A stretch of 64,000 nt of DNA from the NCBI GenBank assembly GCA_963817395.1, contig CAWFOC010000008.1, positions 26,389-90,388 of the forward strand. Direction: 5' to 3'. Source of the stretch: an uncultured Acidobacteriota bacterium. Its GTDB lineage: Bacteria; Acidobacteriota; Vicinamibacteria; Vicinamibacterales; CAVPJW01. Both the position numbers and the translations under genes were made by a program. The notes beneath the pieces are model-generated. The model made no database searches and was not told the origin of the DNA. It saw only the letters and a program-made list of their open reading frames with translations. Of the stretch, positions 29,236 to 40,175 are shown one piece after another (position 1 is the stretch's first letter; each line of letters begins with the position of its first letter).

Positions 29236-30084
29236 ATGCCGGCTGTGCGCTCGCGCATCACGGTGGGCCGTCGGACTCTCAGCTATCTGGAAGCCGCTGG
29301 TGCGCAGGCGCCGGCACCGGCACCGGCCAAGCCGCAGGTGGCCGTCTTCCTTCACGGGTTTCCGCTCAACGCGGAAATGTGGATGCCGCAGCTGTCATCC
29401 GTACCCGACGGCTGGCGGTTCATCGCCCCTGATCTGCCAGGCTACGGCGAGACGGATCCGCTTCTGCCGCGCGCCGGGGCCCCGGCGGGAATCGACGACT
29501 ATGCCGCGGACGTGATCGATCTGATGGACGCGCTCCACATCGATTCGGCCGTCATCGGCGGAATCTCGATGGGCGGCTACGTCACCTTTGCGATCCATCG
29601 CCGCGCGCCGACGTATTTCCTGGGAATGGTACTGGCCAATACGCGGGCACAGGGGGATTCACCTGAAGGACGGGCCGGCAGGGCGAAGATGATCGAGCTG
29701 GTGTCCGCCGACGGAGCATCAGGGGTGGCGCGCCAGATGTTGCCGAAGCTCGTCGGCGCCGATACCGCGCGCGAGCGTCCTGATGTCGTCAGGTCTGTCG
29801 AGGAGCTGATCCTCGCGGCACGTCCCGAGGCCATCGTCGCCGCGCTCCACGCGATGATGGGCCGGCCCGATTCCACCGGGGATCTCGTGCGAATCGCCTG
29901 CCCCACGCTCGTCATCTCCGGCGAGCAGGACGCGCTGATCCCGCCCGAAGAAAGCTACGTCCTGCAGCGAAAGGTTCTCTCCGCGCAGATCGAAGTGCTG
30001 CCGGGCGCAGGGCATCTTTCGAACATGGAGCAGCCCGAGGCGTTCAATCGGAGGCTGACACGGTTTCTCAGGGATTACGTGTGA
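29236..30084 (+). CDS. alpha/beta-fold hydrolase
   Basis: 282 aa. Motifs: VFLHGFPLNAEMW, nucleophile elbow GISMGG, and GAGHLSNMEQPEAF near the C-terminus. Confidence 0.75.
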   Translation: MPAVRSRITVGRRTLSYLEAAGAQAPAPAPAKPQVAVFLHGFPLNAEMWMPQLSSVPDGWRFIAPDLPGYGETDPLLPRAGAPAGIDDYAADVIDLMDALHIDSAVIGGISMGGYVTFAIHRRAPTYFLGMVLANTRAQGDSPEGRAGRAKMIELVSADGASGVARQMLPKLVGADTARERPDVVRSVEELILAARPEAIVAALHAMMGRPDSTGDLVRIACPTLVISGEQDALIPPEESYVLQRKVLSAQIEVLPGAGHLSNMEQPEAFNRRLTRFLRDYV

Positions 30085-30962
30085 GGCACGGAAAGCGTCC
30101 CGTCTGGAGCGCTGCGGCGGGCGTGCTGTGCCTGCTGTTTGCAGGTGTGCCGACGCGCGCCGTCCAGGACCAGGAGCCGGAGGTCGCCGTCGACCCCATT
30201 CATGCGCGCCTTGACAGGATTCTCGACACCTACGTGCGTGACGGCCTGGTCTACTACCGCGCCCTGAAGGCTGAACGTCGCGTGCTGGACAACTACGTCG
30301 ACGCCCTGGGTGGGGTGACGGCTTCGGCGTACGCGGAGTGGACTCCGGCCGCGCAGAAAACCTACTGGCTGAATGCGTACAACGCGTTCGTCCTGCAGAC
30401 CGTCGTCAACGCCTACCCGATTAAAGGCACCGCCGCGGGCTATCCGGCGTCGAGCGTCCGGCAGATTCCCGGCGCCTTCGACCGCCTGCCGCATCGAGCG
30501 GGAGGGCGGACGGTGACGCTCGACGAGATTGAGAAGAGCATGCTGCCGGCGTTCGGCGATCCGCGGGTCTATCTCGCACTCGGCCGCGGTGCCGTCGGCG
30601 GCGGGAGACTGCTCAGCGAAGCCTATTCGAGTGAAAGGCTCGACGAACAACTCGGTGCCCTCGCCCGGGAATGCCTCACCCGACGCCACTGCCTGCAGCT
30701 CGATCAGGCGACGAAAACTCTGAAGGTGACGCCCGTGATCGGGTGGCACGAGGCCGAGTTCAGCAAGGCGTACGGCTCGACCGACTCCCGGTTCTCGCGT
30801 CGCAGCCCCATCGAACGCGCGATTCTCACCTTTATCGAGCCGCACCTGCTGCCCTCCGAGGCCGAGCTCGTCCGGCAAAACGACCTTTCGATCGCATATC
30901 TCGATTTCGACTGGCGATTGAACGATCTGACGGGCGGTCGGGCCGACGTGGATCGCCGGTAG
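30081..30962 (+). CDS. DUF547-domain protein with a signal peptide
   Basis: 293 aa, with a start overlapping the upstream stop. The motif KTYWLNAYNAFVLQTVVNAYP is typical of DUF547. Confidence 0.65.
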   Translation: MRHGKRPVWSAAAGVLCLLFAGVPTRAVQDQEPEVAVDPIHARLDRILDTYVRDGLVYYRALKAERRVLDNYVDALGGVTASAYAEWTPAAQKTYWLNAYNAFVLQTVVNAYPIKGTAAGYPASSVRQIPGAFDRLPHRAGGRTVTLDEIEKSMLPAFGDPRVYLALGRGAVGGGRLLSEAYSSERLDEQLGALARECLTRRHCLQLDQATKTLKVTPVIGWHEAEFSKAYGSTDSRFSRRSPIERAILTFIEPHLLPSEAELVRQNDLSIAYLDFDWRLNDLTGGRADVDRR

Positions 30963-31076
30963 TGGCGAACACTCGACGCGCCAGCCACCGGTGCGGGCTT
31001 GGGCGACGCGCCCTGGGAGCGTCGTCTGTCAGGCTCGCAACCGGAGAGCACGAACACGGGAGGGTGACGACGACCC

Positions 31077-31857
31077 ATGGACCTCGAGCTGGCGAACAAG
31101 GTGGCAATCATCACGGGCAGCAGTCGAGGACTCGGACTGGCGAGTGCGCGGGCCCTCTTGGAGGAGGGCTGTCATGTGGTCATTTGTGCGCGTGGCGGCC
31201 TGCGGCTGACGACGGCGGCCGACGAGCTGCGGCACGCAGCCGGGCCAGGCGCACGGGTTCACCCCGTGCAGGTGGACGTGACGACCGAGGAAGGGCTGCA
31301 GGAGCTTTTCGACGAGGCGCTTTCGGCGTTCGGCGGTGTCGACGTGCTGGTCAACAACGTTGGCGCGGCGGGGGGCGCCGGGCTGCTCGACACCTCGGAC
31401 GCCGAGTGGCAGGCGCGCCGTGGCAGCCACGCTGATGCCGGCCATCCGCGCCTCTCGTTTGGCCGTGCCGATCATGCGTCAGCGCGGGGGCGGCGTGATC
31501 CTGATGATCGCGTCGATTTTTGGCCGCGAAGCGGGCGGCCGCCTCACCTACAACGCCGTGAAGGCCGCCGAGATCAGCCTGGCGAAATCGCTCGCGCGCG
31601 AGCTGGCCGAGGACAACATCAGGGTCAACAGCGTCGCGCCCGGATCGATTCTCTTTCCGGGCGGCTCATGGCACCGACGCCAGCAGGCCGACCCGGAAGG
31701 CATCGCCGACTTCGTCAAGCACGAGCTCCCGTTCGGACGATTCGGCCGGCCGGAAGAAGTGGGCGCCCTCGTCGCGTTTCTGGCCTCGCCGCGGGCCAGT
31801 TGGATCAGTGGCGCATGTGTAACCGTAGACGGTGGCCAGTCCCGCTCGCTGATCTGA
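31077..31857 (+). CDS. short-chain dehydrogenase/reductase; one frame break as assembled
   Basis: TGSSRGLG (cofactor motif) is in ORF 31077..31886. YNAVKAAE (YxxxK) and the C-terminus are in ORF 31336..31857. The junction is at about 31405-31425. Confidence 0.75.
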
Positions 31858-32083
31858 GCCGATGGTCCGCCAAGGACTTCCGTTGATTTGAGGGAGGATC
31901 GAGGGGAGCTGGTGGTTCGGTGGTGGTGCCGGCTCCGACGGCCAGGTGCCGCCGAACCCTGGGTTGTGCTGCACCGATGCGGATGGGCACGCCCTCCGCA
32001 TTGTCGCTTTCGAAGCCTTCGTCGCCGATGTCCCGGGTGATGAGGAACCCACGCCGCCGTACGTGCGGCTCTGATACGTCCAT
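31805..32083 (-). CDS. small hypothetical protein (3' end uncertain)
   Basis: ATG at 32083 with a strong RBS (GGAAGGGAGAtttgaagATG). The first ~36 codons have high GC3 (MDVSEPHVRRRGFLITRDIGDEGFESDNAEGVPIRIG). After that the codon signal moves to another frame, and the ORF runs antisense into the SDR gene. Confidence 0.3.
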   Translation of the reverse strand: MDVSEPHVRRRGFLITRDIGDEGFESDNAEGVPIRIGAAQPRVRRHLAVGAGTTTEPPAPLDPPSNQRKSLADHRLRSASGTGHRLRLHMRH

Positions 32084-32221
32084 CTTCAAATCTCCCTTCC
32101 GCGATGTCGATCGAGGACGACGATCGAAATTAGACGAAATGGTAGCAGTCGCGTCCACTCCCGTCAATGAAGTTGTCGTCCGCAAACGGTCAAAAGTGTA
32201 GAGCTGAGCCGGCGCTTCGCG

Positions 32222-33625
32222 TCAGGTGGTGCTGACTGGAGCGGTGCCACGTGCGCGATGGAAGAGCGCGTAGTAGACCGGCACGCCGGTCAGCACAGCG
32301 GCGAACACGATGCTCGTGAGGAGCGTGTCGGTCACGAGCGCGTTGATGATGAGCGCGAGGACGCCGAGCAGGTAGACGAATGGGACCACGGGATAGCCCG
32401 CGACGCGATAGGGACGAGCCAACTGCGGGCGATGAACGCGCAGCCGATAGATGCCCGCGACGCTCAGCGCGTAGAAGGGAAGCATCGCGCGGACGAACGC
32501 GTCCGTCAGCTGCTCGAAGGTGCCGGCCAGCACGAAGGCCACACCCAGCGCGGCCGCCAGCATGATGGCGCGGTGCGGCGTCTGATAGCGCGGGTGCACA
32601 TCGGCCAGCCCGCGAAACAGCATCCCGTCGTCGGCCATCGCAAAGAAGATGCGGGGATTCACGAGCATCGTGCCGTTGAGTGACCCGAAGGTGGAGATCA
32701 TCACCACGATCGACACGAGGGCGACCCCGAGTTGACCGAAGATGAGCCCCATCGTGTCGGCGGCGATCAAGCGCGAGTCGGCCAGGCGCTCGAGGGGGTT
32801 GACGAAGAGGTACGCCGCATTGGCCGACAGATAAATCACCAGAATGGCGACCGTGCCGAGAATGAGGGCACGCGGCAGCGTGCGCTGCGGATCCTTGACC
32901 TCGCCGCCCGCGAACGACAAGTCGGCGAAGCCGTCATACGCCCAGAGTACCGAGACCAGCGCCAGCCCGAATGCGCCGAACGTCACCGCTCCCGTTGCTG
33001 GCGCCGTGAAGTTGGCCACCGTGCCGCCGTGCTGGCCGCCGAAGAGAAACGCGACCAGGACAATGAATGCCAGGGCGCCGTACTTGGCCATCGTGGAGAC
33101 GCCAACGAAGAGCGCCCCGAGACGGACGCCGAGAATGTTGACGAGACTTGCGAAAATGATGGCGCCCGCCGCCACGTAGTCGGCGGCGCGGTCATGCACG
33201 ATTGGGTCGATGCCGATGGAGCGAAGCAGATACTCGCCGAAGACCGTGGAAATGCTTCCGACGGCCGCGGCCCGAATCAGGACGAGCTGCGCCCAGCCGA
33301 ACAGGAAGGCCGGCAGCCGTCCCCAGCCCTCGCGGAGGTAGACGTAGAGGCCGCCCGTTTCCGGAAACGCGGCCGCCAGCTCGCCGATCGAGAGCGCGCC
33401 GCAGAGCGTGATCGCGCCACCCACGATCCACACCAGGAGCATCATCGACGGGTCGGGCACGAGATCCGCGATACGCGCCGGCGTGCGAAAGATGCCGGAG
33501 CCGATCGTGATGCCGATCACGATGCCGATCGAGCTCCACAGCCCGAGCCGGCGAGGCAACCGGCCGGCCGCGGGTGTGGTACTGGCCGGAACCGAGGGCT
33601 GTGATCGCGGAGGCTCCGTGGACAT
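32222..33625 (-). CDS. APC-superfamily amino acid permease
   Basis: 467 aa and about 12 hydrophobic helices. APC-type N-terminal motif GIVIGITIGSGIFRTP. Confidence 0.8.
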   Translation of the reverse strand: MSTEPPRSQPSVPASTTPAAGRLPRRLGLWSSIGIVIGITIGSGIFRTPARIADLVPDPSMMLLVWIVGGAITLCGALSIGELAAAFPETGGLYVYLREGWGRLPAFLFGWAQLVLIRAAAVGSISTVFGEYLLRSIGIDPIVHDRAADYVAAGAIIFASLVNILGVRLGALFVGVSTMAKYGALAFIVLVAFLFGGQHGGTVANFTAPATGAVTFGAFGLALVSVLWAYDGFADLSFAGGEVKDPQRTLPRALILGTVAILVIYLSANAAYLFVNPLERLADSRLIAADTMGLIFGQLGVALVSIVVMISTFGSLNGTMLVNPRIFFAMADDGMLFRGLADVHPRYQTPHRAIMLAAALGVAFVLAGTFEQLTDAFVRAMLPFYALSVAGIYRLRVHRPQLARPYRVAGYPVVPFVYLLGVLALIINALVTDTLLTSIVFAAVLTGVPVYYALFHRARGTAPVSTT

Positions 33626-33718
33626 GCGGCTCCTCAGAGTATGATCGGTCGCTTTTCGGCGAAACGCGCGATACTGCGCGTCGAGCGCTCAGACTATAGC
33701 GCAACCATCCGCGCCCGG

Positions 33719-34804
33719 ATGCACAAACACCGCTCTGAGAAACCTGACGGACGGGAATTGCTGCTGTACGGCCGTCGTCCGGTGCGCATCACCGGGCCGT
33801 TGCCGGCGCTTCGGCGGGACGAGGTGTCGCCGTCACCCCACCTGCGATGGCACCCCCTCCGCGGCGAGTGGGTTGCGTACGCCACCGGGCGGCAGAACCG
33901 GACATTCCTGCCGCAGCCCGAGTACAACCCGCTGGCGCCGACGATCGACGCCGAGCACCCGACCGAGCTCCCCCAGGGCGACTACGACGTCGCGGTCTTC
34001 GAGAATCTCTTTCCGGCCCTTCGGCCCGATGCCGGGGATGCGCCGGAGGAAATCGTCGAAACGCGTCCGGGGGTCGGTGCATGTGAAGTCGTGGTCTACA
34101 CACAAGACCCGGACTCGTCGCTCGGGGCGTTGGCAGCCGACCACATCGAACTGATCCTCGAGGTCTGGGCCGATCGATACCGCGAGCTGGGCGCGAAAGA
34201 AGGTGTCGAGTATGTCATGCCGTTCGAGAATCGCGGCGTCGAAGTGGGCGTGACGATTCAGCATCCTCATGGTCAGATCTTCGCGTACCCATTCGTGCCG
34301 CCCGTTGCGGCAAGGGAGCTCGAGCAGCAGCACGGCTATCTCCAGCGGCACGGGCGCGGGCTGCTCGCCAGTCTGATCGACGCCGAAGTTGCCGACGGAC
34401 GCCGAATCGTCCACGCCTCCGACGAAGTGGTGGCGTTCGTTCCGGTGTGCGCTCGGTACGCGTACGAGCTGTGGATTGCTCCGAGACGCGCATTCGCGTC
34501 GCTCGCCGAGCTCGATGACCGTTCGCGCGCGGCCTTCGCCCGCGCGCTGAAAGTGGTGCTGATGAAGCTCGATGCGCTCTGGCAGCGGCCGTTCCCGTAC
34601 GTCATGGTCGTCCACCAGGCGCCGACCGATGCTCGTCCACATCCGGAAGCGCACGTCCACCTCGAGCTGTATCCCGCGTATCGCATGAGGAACCGACTGA
34701 AGTACCTCGCGGGCAGCGAGCTGGGCGCGGGCGTTTTCACGGCGGATACGGTTCCGGAAGAGAAAGCCGCCGAGCTCAGAGCGGTCGCGATCGACTTCGA
34801 GTAG
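33719..34804 (+). CDS. galT: galactose-1-phosphate uridylyltransferase (HIT superfamily)
   Basis: Active-site motif HPHGQIF (HxHxQ) and RWHPLRGEWV near the N-terminus. I chose the ATG at 33719 inside ORF 33641..34804. Confidence 0.8.
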   Translation: MHKHRSEKPDGRELLLYGRRPVRITGPLPALRRDEVSPSPHLRWHPLRGEWVAYATGRQNRTFLPQPEYNPLAPTIDAEHPTELPQGDYDVAVFENLFPALRPDAGDAPEEIVETRPGVGACEVVVYTQDPDSSLGALAADHIELILEVWADRYRELGAKEGVEYVMPFENRGVEVGVTIQHPHGQIFAYPFVPPVAARELEQQHGYLQRHGRGLLASLIDAEVADGRRIVHASDEVVAFVPVCARYAYELWIAPRRAFASLAELDDRSRAAFARALKVVLMKLDALWQRPFPYVMVVHQAPTDARPHPEAHVHLELYPAYRMRNRLKYLAGSELGAGVFTADTVPEEKAAELRAVAIDFE

Positions 34805-34914
34805 CGCCTGAACCGTGCAGCGTCCATGAAACGCGACGCACACTGGCGTGTCAGGAGTCGAGTCGAAGGGCGCTCCAATGGCGCTCGAGGAACGCGCGCC
34901 ACGGGTTCAGACCG

Positions 34915-36018
34915 ATGCCTGACTTCATCGCCCTGTTCGATCGGCTGCCGGAGGTCCGCGCCGACGCACCAGGACGCGTGAATCTGATCGGTGAGCACAC
35001 CGACTACAACGGCGGGTATGTGCTGCCGGTCGCGATCCCACAGCGAACCCGCGTCGAGCTGGCGTCATCCCCGTCGAATGACGTTCGTGCCTGGAGCTCG
35101 AACGCGGTCGATCTGCGGCCGCTGGCGTACGAGCTTGGAGCCGAGCGTCCCGGGCGCGGATGGCTCGACTACGTTCAGGGCGTGAGCTGGGCGCTCGCGG
35201 CTGCCGGTCATGCGGCCCGGGGGTTCGACGTGCGCATCGAATCCGACGTCCCGCTCGGCAGCGGCCTTTCGTCGAGCGCCGCACTCGAAATGAGCCTGTT
35301 GCGCGCGCTCCGCTCGGCCTTCCAACTGCCGCTGGACGATGTGCAGCTGGCGCTCGTGGCCAGGCGCGGCGAGAACGATTTCGTGGGTGCACCGGTCGGC
35401 ATCATGGACCCGATCGCCGCGAGCCTCGCCGACGAGCGGACGGCGCTGTTCCTCGATACGCGGACTCTCGAGTACGAGCCCGTCCCACTCCCGGCTTCGG
35501 CCGGAATCGTCATCCTCGACTCGAAGGTGACGCACCACAATGCCCAGGGCGGGTATCGGTCCCGGCGAGAGGAGTGCGTCCGCGCATCACGGCTGCTTGG
35601 CGTGGCGGCGCTCTGCGACCTGCCTGCCACCGCGCTCGATCGGGTCACACGGCTTCCCGCGCCGCTCGACCGCCGCGCTCGGCACGTGGTGACGGAACAC
35701 GCGCGCGTGGTGGGCGCGGTTCACGCCCTGCGCGCCGGCGACCTCGTGTCGGCCGGCCACCTCTTCAACGGGTCGCACGTCTCGATGCGCGATGATTTCG
35801 AGGTATCCGTACCCGAGGTCGACCAGCTCGTGGAACTGGCGTGTTCCGAGGAGGGGGTCTACGGCGCCCGTCTGACCGGCGGCGGATTTGGCGGTTCGGT
35901 GGTGCTGCTCGTGAGACGAGGAGACGAGAGGAAGATTGCCGGCCGTGTGACCACCCGTTATTTCGAGCGTACCGGAAGGTCGGCTGCCGTTCACCTGCCC
36001 TGGCCTTTCGCTGCCTGA
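34915..36018 (+). CDS. galK: galactokinase (GHMP kinase)
   Basis: Galactokinase signature GRVNLIGEHTDYNGG and GHMP motif PLGSGLSSSAALE. Confidence 0.85.
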   Translation: MPDFIALFDRLPEVRADAPGRVNLIGEHTDYNGGYVLPVAIPQRTRVELASSPSNDVRAWSSNAVDLRPLAYELGAERPGRGWLDYVQGVSWALAAAGHAARGFDVRIESDVPLGSGLSSSAALEMSLLRALRSAFQLPLDDVQLALVARRGENDFVGAPVGIMDPIAASLADERTALFLDTRTLEYEPVPLPASAGIVILDSKVTHHNAQGGYRSRREECVRASRLLGVAALCDLPATALDRVTRLPAPLDRRARHVVTEHARVVGAVHALRAGDLVSAGHLFNGSHVSMRDDFEVSVPEVDQLVELACSEEGVYGARLTGGGFGGSVVLLVRRGDERKIAGRVTTRYFERTGRSAAVHLPWPFAA

Positions 36019-36068
36019 TCGGTTTCGCCTCTTGATCGTCCCGTGGGGCGCTGTTAGGATGCCGGAGC

Positions 36069-38514
36069 ATGCCGCCCGAGATGATCGAGCCGCGCCTGTC
36101 TGGCGGCCTCGAACCGGCGCTGGCGCCCCGGATTGAGCCGGCACCGGCCGATCTGGTCCGCCGCGACGCCGCGCTGGACGGGGCGCTCAAACGCCTGCTG
36201 GCCGTCGAACGCCCCGACACCGACGATCCGCGCATCACCGGCAGCCCGGCGTCTTCCGGCGACTGCTGGCGAGTTCGCTCCACATCCCGAGGCACTCGAT
36301 TCGCGCGTGTCCGGCGTGCTCTCAGCCCGAGGGCTCTCGCGGTTCTACGTGCACCAGGCTGAAGCCATGGCGCACGCGCTGGCCGGGCGGCACGTCGTCA
36401 TCACGACGCCCACCGCATCTGGCAAGACGCTCTGCTACAACGCCCCGGTGCTCGACGCCGTCGTCCGCGATCCGTCGAGCCGCGCGCTCTATCTCTTCCC
36501 GACCAAGGCGCTCGCGCAGGATCAGCTTGCCGAGTTGCACGCCCTCGCCGACGAGATGGCCCGCGCCGCGGGGCTCGAGATGGGCGTGTTCACCTACGAC
36601 GGCGACACGCCACAGGACGCCCGGCGCGCCATCCGCAGCCGCGCCCACGTGGTGCTCAGCAACCCCGATATGCTCCATGCGGGCATCCTGCCGCACCATC
36701 CGCGCTGGGCGAAGCTCTTCGAAAACCTCCGGTTCATCGTCATCGACGAGCTGCACGCCTACCGAGGTGTGTTCGGGAGCCATCTCGCGAACGTCATACG
36801 TCGGCTGCGCCGCGTGTGCCGTCACTACGGGTCGAATCCCGTGTTCATCTGCTCGTCGGCGACCATCGCGAATCCCCGGGAGCTGGCGGAGGCCCTCACC
36901 GGCGAGCGCTTCGAGCTGGTGGACAAGAGCGGAGCGCCTCGCGGCGAGAAGATGTTCGTGTTCGTCAACCCGCCGGTGATCAACGCTCAACTGGGCATTC
37001 GCCGGTCGTATCTGGCCGAGACGCGCCGGGTCGCTTCGGAATTCCTCCGTCGCGACCTTCAGACCATCGTGTTCGCGCAAAGCCGGCTCTCGACCGAGAT
37101 CCTCACCACCTACCTCAAGGATGAGTTCGAACGTGAACCGGGCGCGCGCGATGTGGTGCGGGGATATCGGGGCGGGTATCTGCCGAACCGGCGTCGTGAG
37201 ATCGAGAAAGGGCTCCGGGACGGCGCGGTGCGAGCCGTCGTTTCCACCAACGCGCTCGAGCTCGGCATCGATATCGGCGCCCTCGACGTCGCCGTTCTGG
37301 CCGGGTATCCCGGCACGATCGCGTCCACCTGGCAGCGCGCCGGTCGGGCCGGACGCCGCCACAGCCGATCGGCCGCCGTGCTCGTCGCCTCGAGCGCGCC
37401 GCTCGATCAGTTCGTCGTGCGCAACCCGTCATATTTCTTCGAGGCCTCGCCCGAGCACGCGCTGATCAATCCGGACAACCTGCACATCCTCCTCGACCAT
37501 GTGAAGTGCGCCGCCTTCGAACTGCCCTTTGCGACCGACGAGCGCTTCGGCGCGGAGGACGTGCAGCAGATTCTCGGCGTGCTGGCCGAAGCGGGATTCG
37601 TTCACCTGACCGCGGCAGACGGCGCCGGGCAGTGGCACTGGACGCACGAATCCTATCCGGCCGATGCCGTGAGCCTTCGGTCCGTCTCGTCCGACAACTT
37701 CGTGATCGTCGATGAGACGACAGATCCGCGGGTGATCGGCGAAACCGATTTCACGAGCGGCCCGTCGACCTTGCACCCGAAAGCCATCTACCTCCTGGAA
37801 GGGCAGCTCTATCAGGTGGAACGCCTCGACTTCGAAGGACGCCAGGCCCACGTGCGGGCGGTCGACTGCGACTACTACACCGATGCCATCACGTATACGC
37901 GCGTCAGCGAGCTCGAGACGTTTCGCGCCGATGGGGGAGGCCGTCACGACAGCGGGACACAGGCGACGCGCTCACAGGGCGAAGTGCACGTCGTCTCGCG
38001 AGTCGTCGGGTTCAAGAAGATCAAGTTCTACACCAACGAGAATGTCGGATCGGGCGAGCTGGATCTGCCGGAGCAGCAGATGCACACCACGGCGTACTGG
38101 CTGACCGTACCGCGCGAGGTGATGACGTCGCTGCCGTACGCGGCCGACGACCGCCGCGACGGTATCGTCGGGCTGTCGTTCGCGCTCAGACAGGTAGCCC
38201 AGCTGCTGCTGATGTGCGATGGGCACGACATCGGGATCTCGATTGGCGGGCACGCCGATGACGGGACGCTCCCGCGGGAGGCTGCCGAGCCCCCGGACGA
38301 GCCTCGCATCTTCATCTACGACAACTATCCGGGCGGAATCGGCTTCAGCGAACCGCTCTTCCGGCTGCATCACGAGCTGCTGGCGGCCGCGCACAGGCTG
38401 ATCGCGAGCTGCGAGTGCGAGTTCGGGTGCCCGACGTGCGTCGGCCCGCTCGGCAACGTCGGTCCGCGCGCCAAGGCGGTCGCCCTGGAGATTCTCGCGC
38501 GGGTGAGCGCCTAG
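36069..38514 (+). CDS. DEXH-box helicase with a C-terminal DUF1998 zinc module (YprA/MrfA-like); one frame break as assembled
   Basis: Walker A TPTASGKT, DExH VIDELH, motif VI QRAGRAGRR, and a C-terminal CECEFGCPTC. The N-terminal ~60 aa lie in ORF 36069..36362, with the junction to ORF 36133..38514 at about 36240-36262. Confidence 0.75.
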
Positions 38515-39848
38515 TGGCTTCACCCGATCTCGCCAGGCGCCTTCGGGACGCACTGACCGGCAACCGTCCGCGCACGCTCCCTTCGCCGTCCCTCGCCGAT
38601 CGATCGCTCGAGCGGGCCGAGCGCGCCGCGCGCGTGCTCGGCGGCAAGGTGGATGAATCGTCCGGTGGCGTCACGCTCACGGTGGATCGCGAGTGTCGTC
38701 CGATAGTGCCCTCCGCGATCGACACGCTGGAGCGCTCGTCCGACGAGCTCATGTGGCGTCTCTTCGACGCGCTGGCCGCCCGCCCAGGCGCCGGCATGGA
38801 CGGCTGTGCAGCAACGCCGGCCATTCCGGGCCGTCGCATCCTCTTCTTCGATCTCGAGACGACCGGGCTGGCCGGAGGGGCCGGCACGCAGGCCTTCGTC
38901 ATCGGCTTCGGCTGGTTCGAGGCGGATCGGTTCCGCGTACGGCAGCTTCTTCTGCCCGGTCTCGATCTCGAACGGTCGCTCCTCGAAGCCGCCGCCCGAG
39001 AGATGGACGCGGGACACGGTCTCGTTTCCTACAACGGGCGGTCGTTCGACGTGCCGCTCATCGAGACGCGCTACCTGTTCCACCGCATGGACGAGCCGTT
39101 CACCAGCGCGCCGCATCTCGATCTCCTGCACCCGGCGCGGCGGCTCTGGTCCAGGGACGAGAGCTGCTCGCTCGCGGCGGTCGAGCGGCGGTTGTTCTCC
39201 ATCGAGCGGGTGGGTGACGTGGCGGGCATGGAGATTCCGGCCCGGTACTTCACCTACCTGCGATCGGGTGACGTGACGCCCCTCGAGGCCGTCCTCGATC
39301 ACAACCGCGCGGACCTGACGTCGCTCGCGGCCGTGATGCTGCACCTGGCCTGGCTGTACGAGGCCGGGCCCGACCAGTCGCGCGACTCAGGGGAATGTCT
39401 GGGTCTCGGATGCCTGTACGAGCGTGCGGGATGCGTCGATCGCGCGATTGCCAGCTACGGTCGAGCGGCGTCGATCGCGCGTCACTTCGAGGACGATGTG
39501 CGGCTGGAAGCGTGGCACCGGCGGGCGCGGCTGCTCCGGCGGCAGAGAAGGCATGCCGAAGCGGTGGCCGTTTGGGAGGCGATCGCCGGTGAGTTCGAGG
39601 CTGCTTCGACCGCGCGCCGCGACGCGCTCCAGGCGCTGGCGGTGCATCACGAGCACCGGTCTCGAGATCTGGTCTCCGCGCGCTCGTTCACCCTGCAGGC
39701 GCTCCGCGCGGAGCGTGGGCGCCGGCTCGAGGCGGCGAGGCATCGGCTGGCAAGGCTCCAGCGAAAACTCGCAGGGCCCGAAGACACCAAGAGCCACGCC
39801 GACCTCACCCGTTCCGTTCCGGATCTGCTGGACCCGTCCTGGAGCTAG
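38514..39848 (+). CDS. RNase H-fold exonuclease with a C-terminal TPR-like region (YprB/MrfB-like)
   Basis: The GTG at 38514 overlaps the helicase stop (TAGTG). Exonuclease motif ILFFDLETTGL, then VSYNGRSFDVPLI and HNRADL. Helical repeats at the C-terminus. Confidence 0.65.
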   Translation: MASPDLARRLRDALTGNRPRTLPSPSLADRSLERAERAARVLGGKVDESSGGVTLTVDRECRPIVPSAIDTLERSSDELMWRLFDALAARPGAGMDGCAATPAIPGRRILFFDLETTGLAGGAGTQAFVIGFGWFEADRFRVRQLLLPGLDLERSLLEAAAREMDAGHGLVSYNGRSFDVPLIETRYLFHRMDEPFTSAPHLDLLHPARRLWSRDESCSLAAVERRLFSIERVGDVAGMEIPARYFTYLRSGDVTPLEAVLDHNRADLTSLAAVMLHLAWLYEAGPDQSRDSGECLGLGCLYERAGCVDRAIASYGRAASIARHFEDDVRLEAWHRRARLLRRQRRHAEAVAVWEAIAGEFEAASTARRDALQALAVHHEHRSRDLVSARSFTLQALRAERGRRLEAARHRLARLQRKLAGPEDTKSHADLTRSVPDLLDPSWS

Positions 39849-39885
39849 CCGAGGCCTCGTGGCTCGTCGGCGACGCCGGAGCACG

Positions 39886-40143
39886 CTAGGCCGAAGGCTG
39901 CTTTTTGGCGCGGGCCTTGGCGGCCTCGGCTCGCCCCGCGACCGTCTGCGCGCCATATTTCTTCGTGAATCGCTCGACGCGGCCTTCGGTGTCGATCAGC
40001 TTCTGTCGGCCGGTGAAGAACGGATGGCAGGCCGAGCAGATTTCCAGGTGCAGCTCCTGCTTGGTCGAACGCGTCTGCCAGGTGGCGCCGCAGGCACAGC
40101 GGGCTTCGACGTCGTGATACTTGGGATGAATGCCGGGCTTCAC
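39886..40143 (-). CDS. rpmE: 50S ribosomal protein L31 (zinc-binding type)
   Basis: GTG start giving (M)[11 protein letters not shown]. Cysteine pairs CACG and CSAC, and FTGRQK. Lys/Ala-rich C-terminal tail. Confidence 0.85.
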   Translation of the reverse strand: MKPGIHPKYHDVEARCACGATWQTRSTKQELHLEICSACHPFFTGRQKLIDTEGRVERFTKKYGAQTVAGRAEAAKARAKKQPSA

Positions 40144-40175
40144 GGTGTGAATCCTTTCCTGTTCCGGAAACTCCA

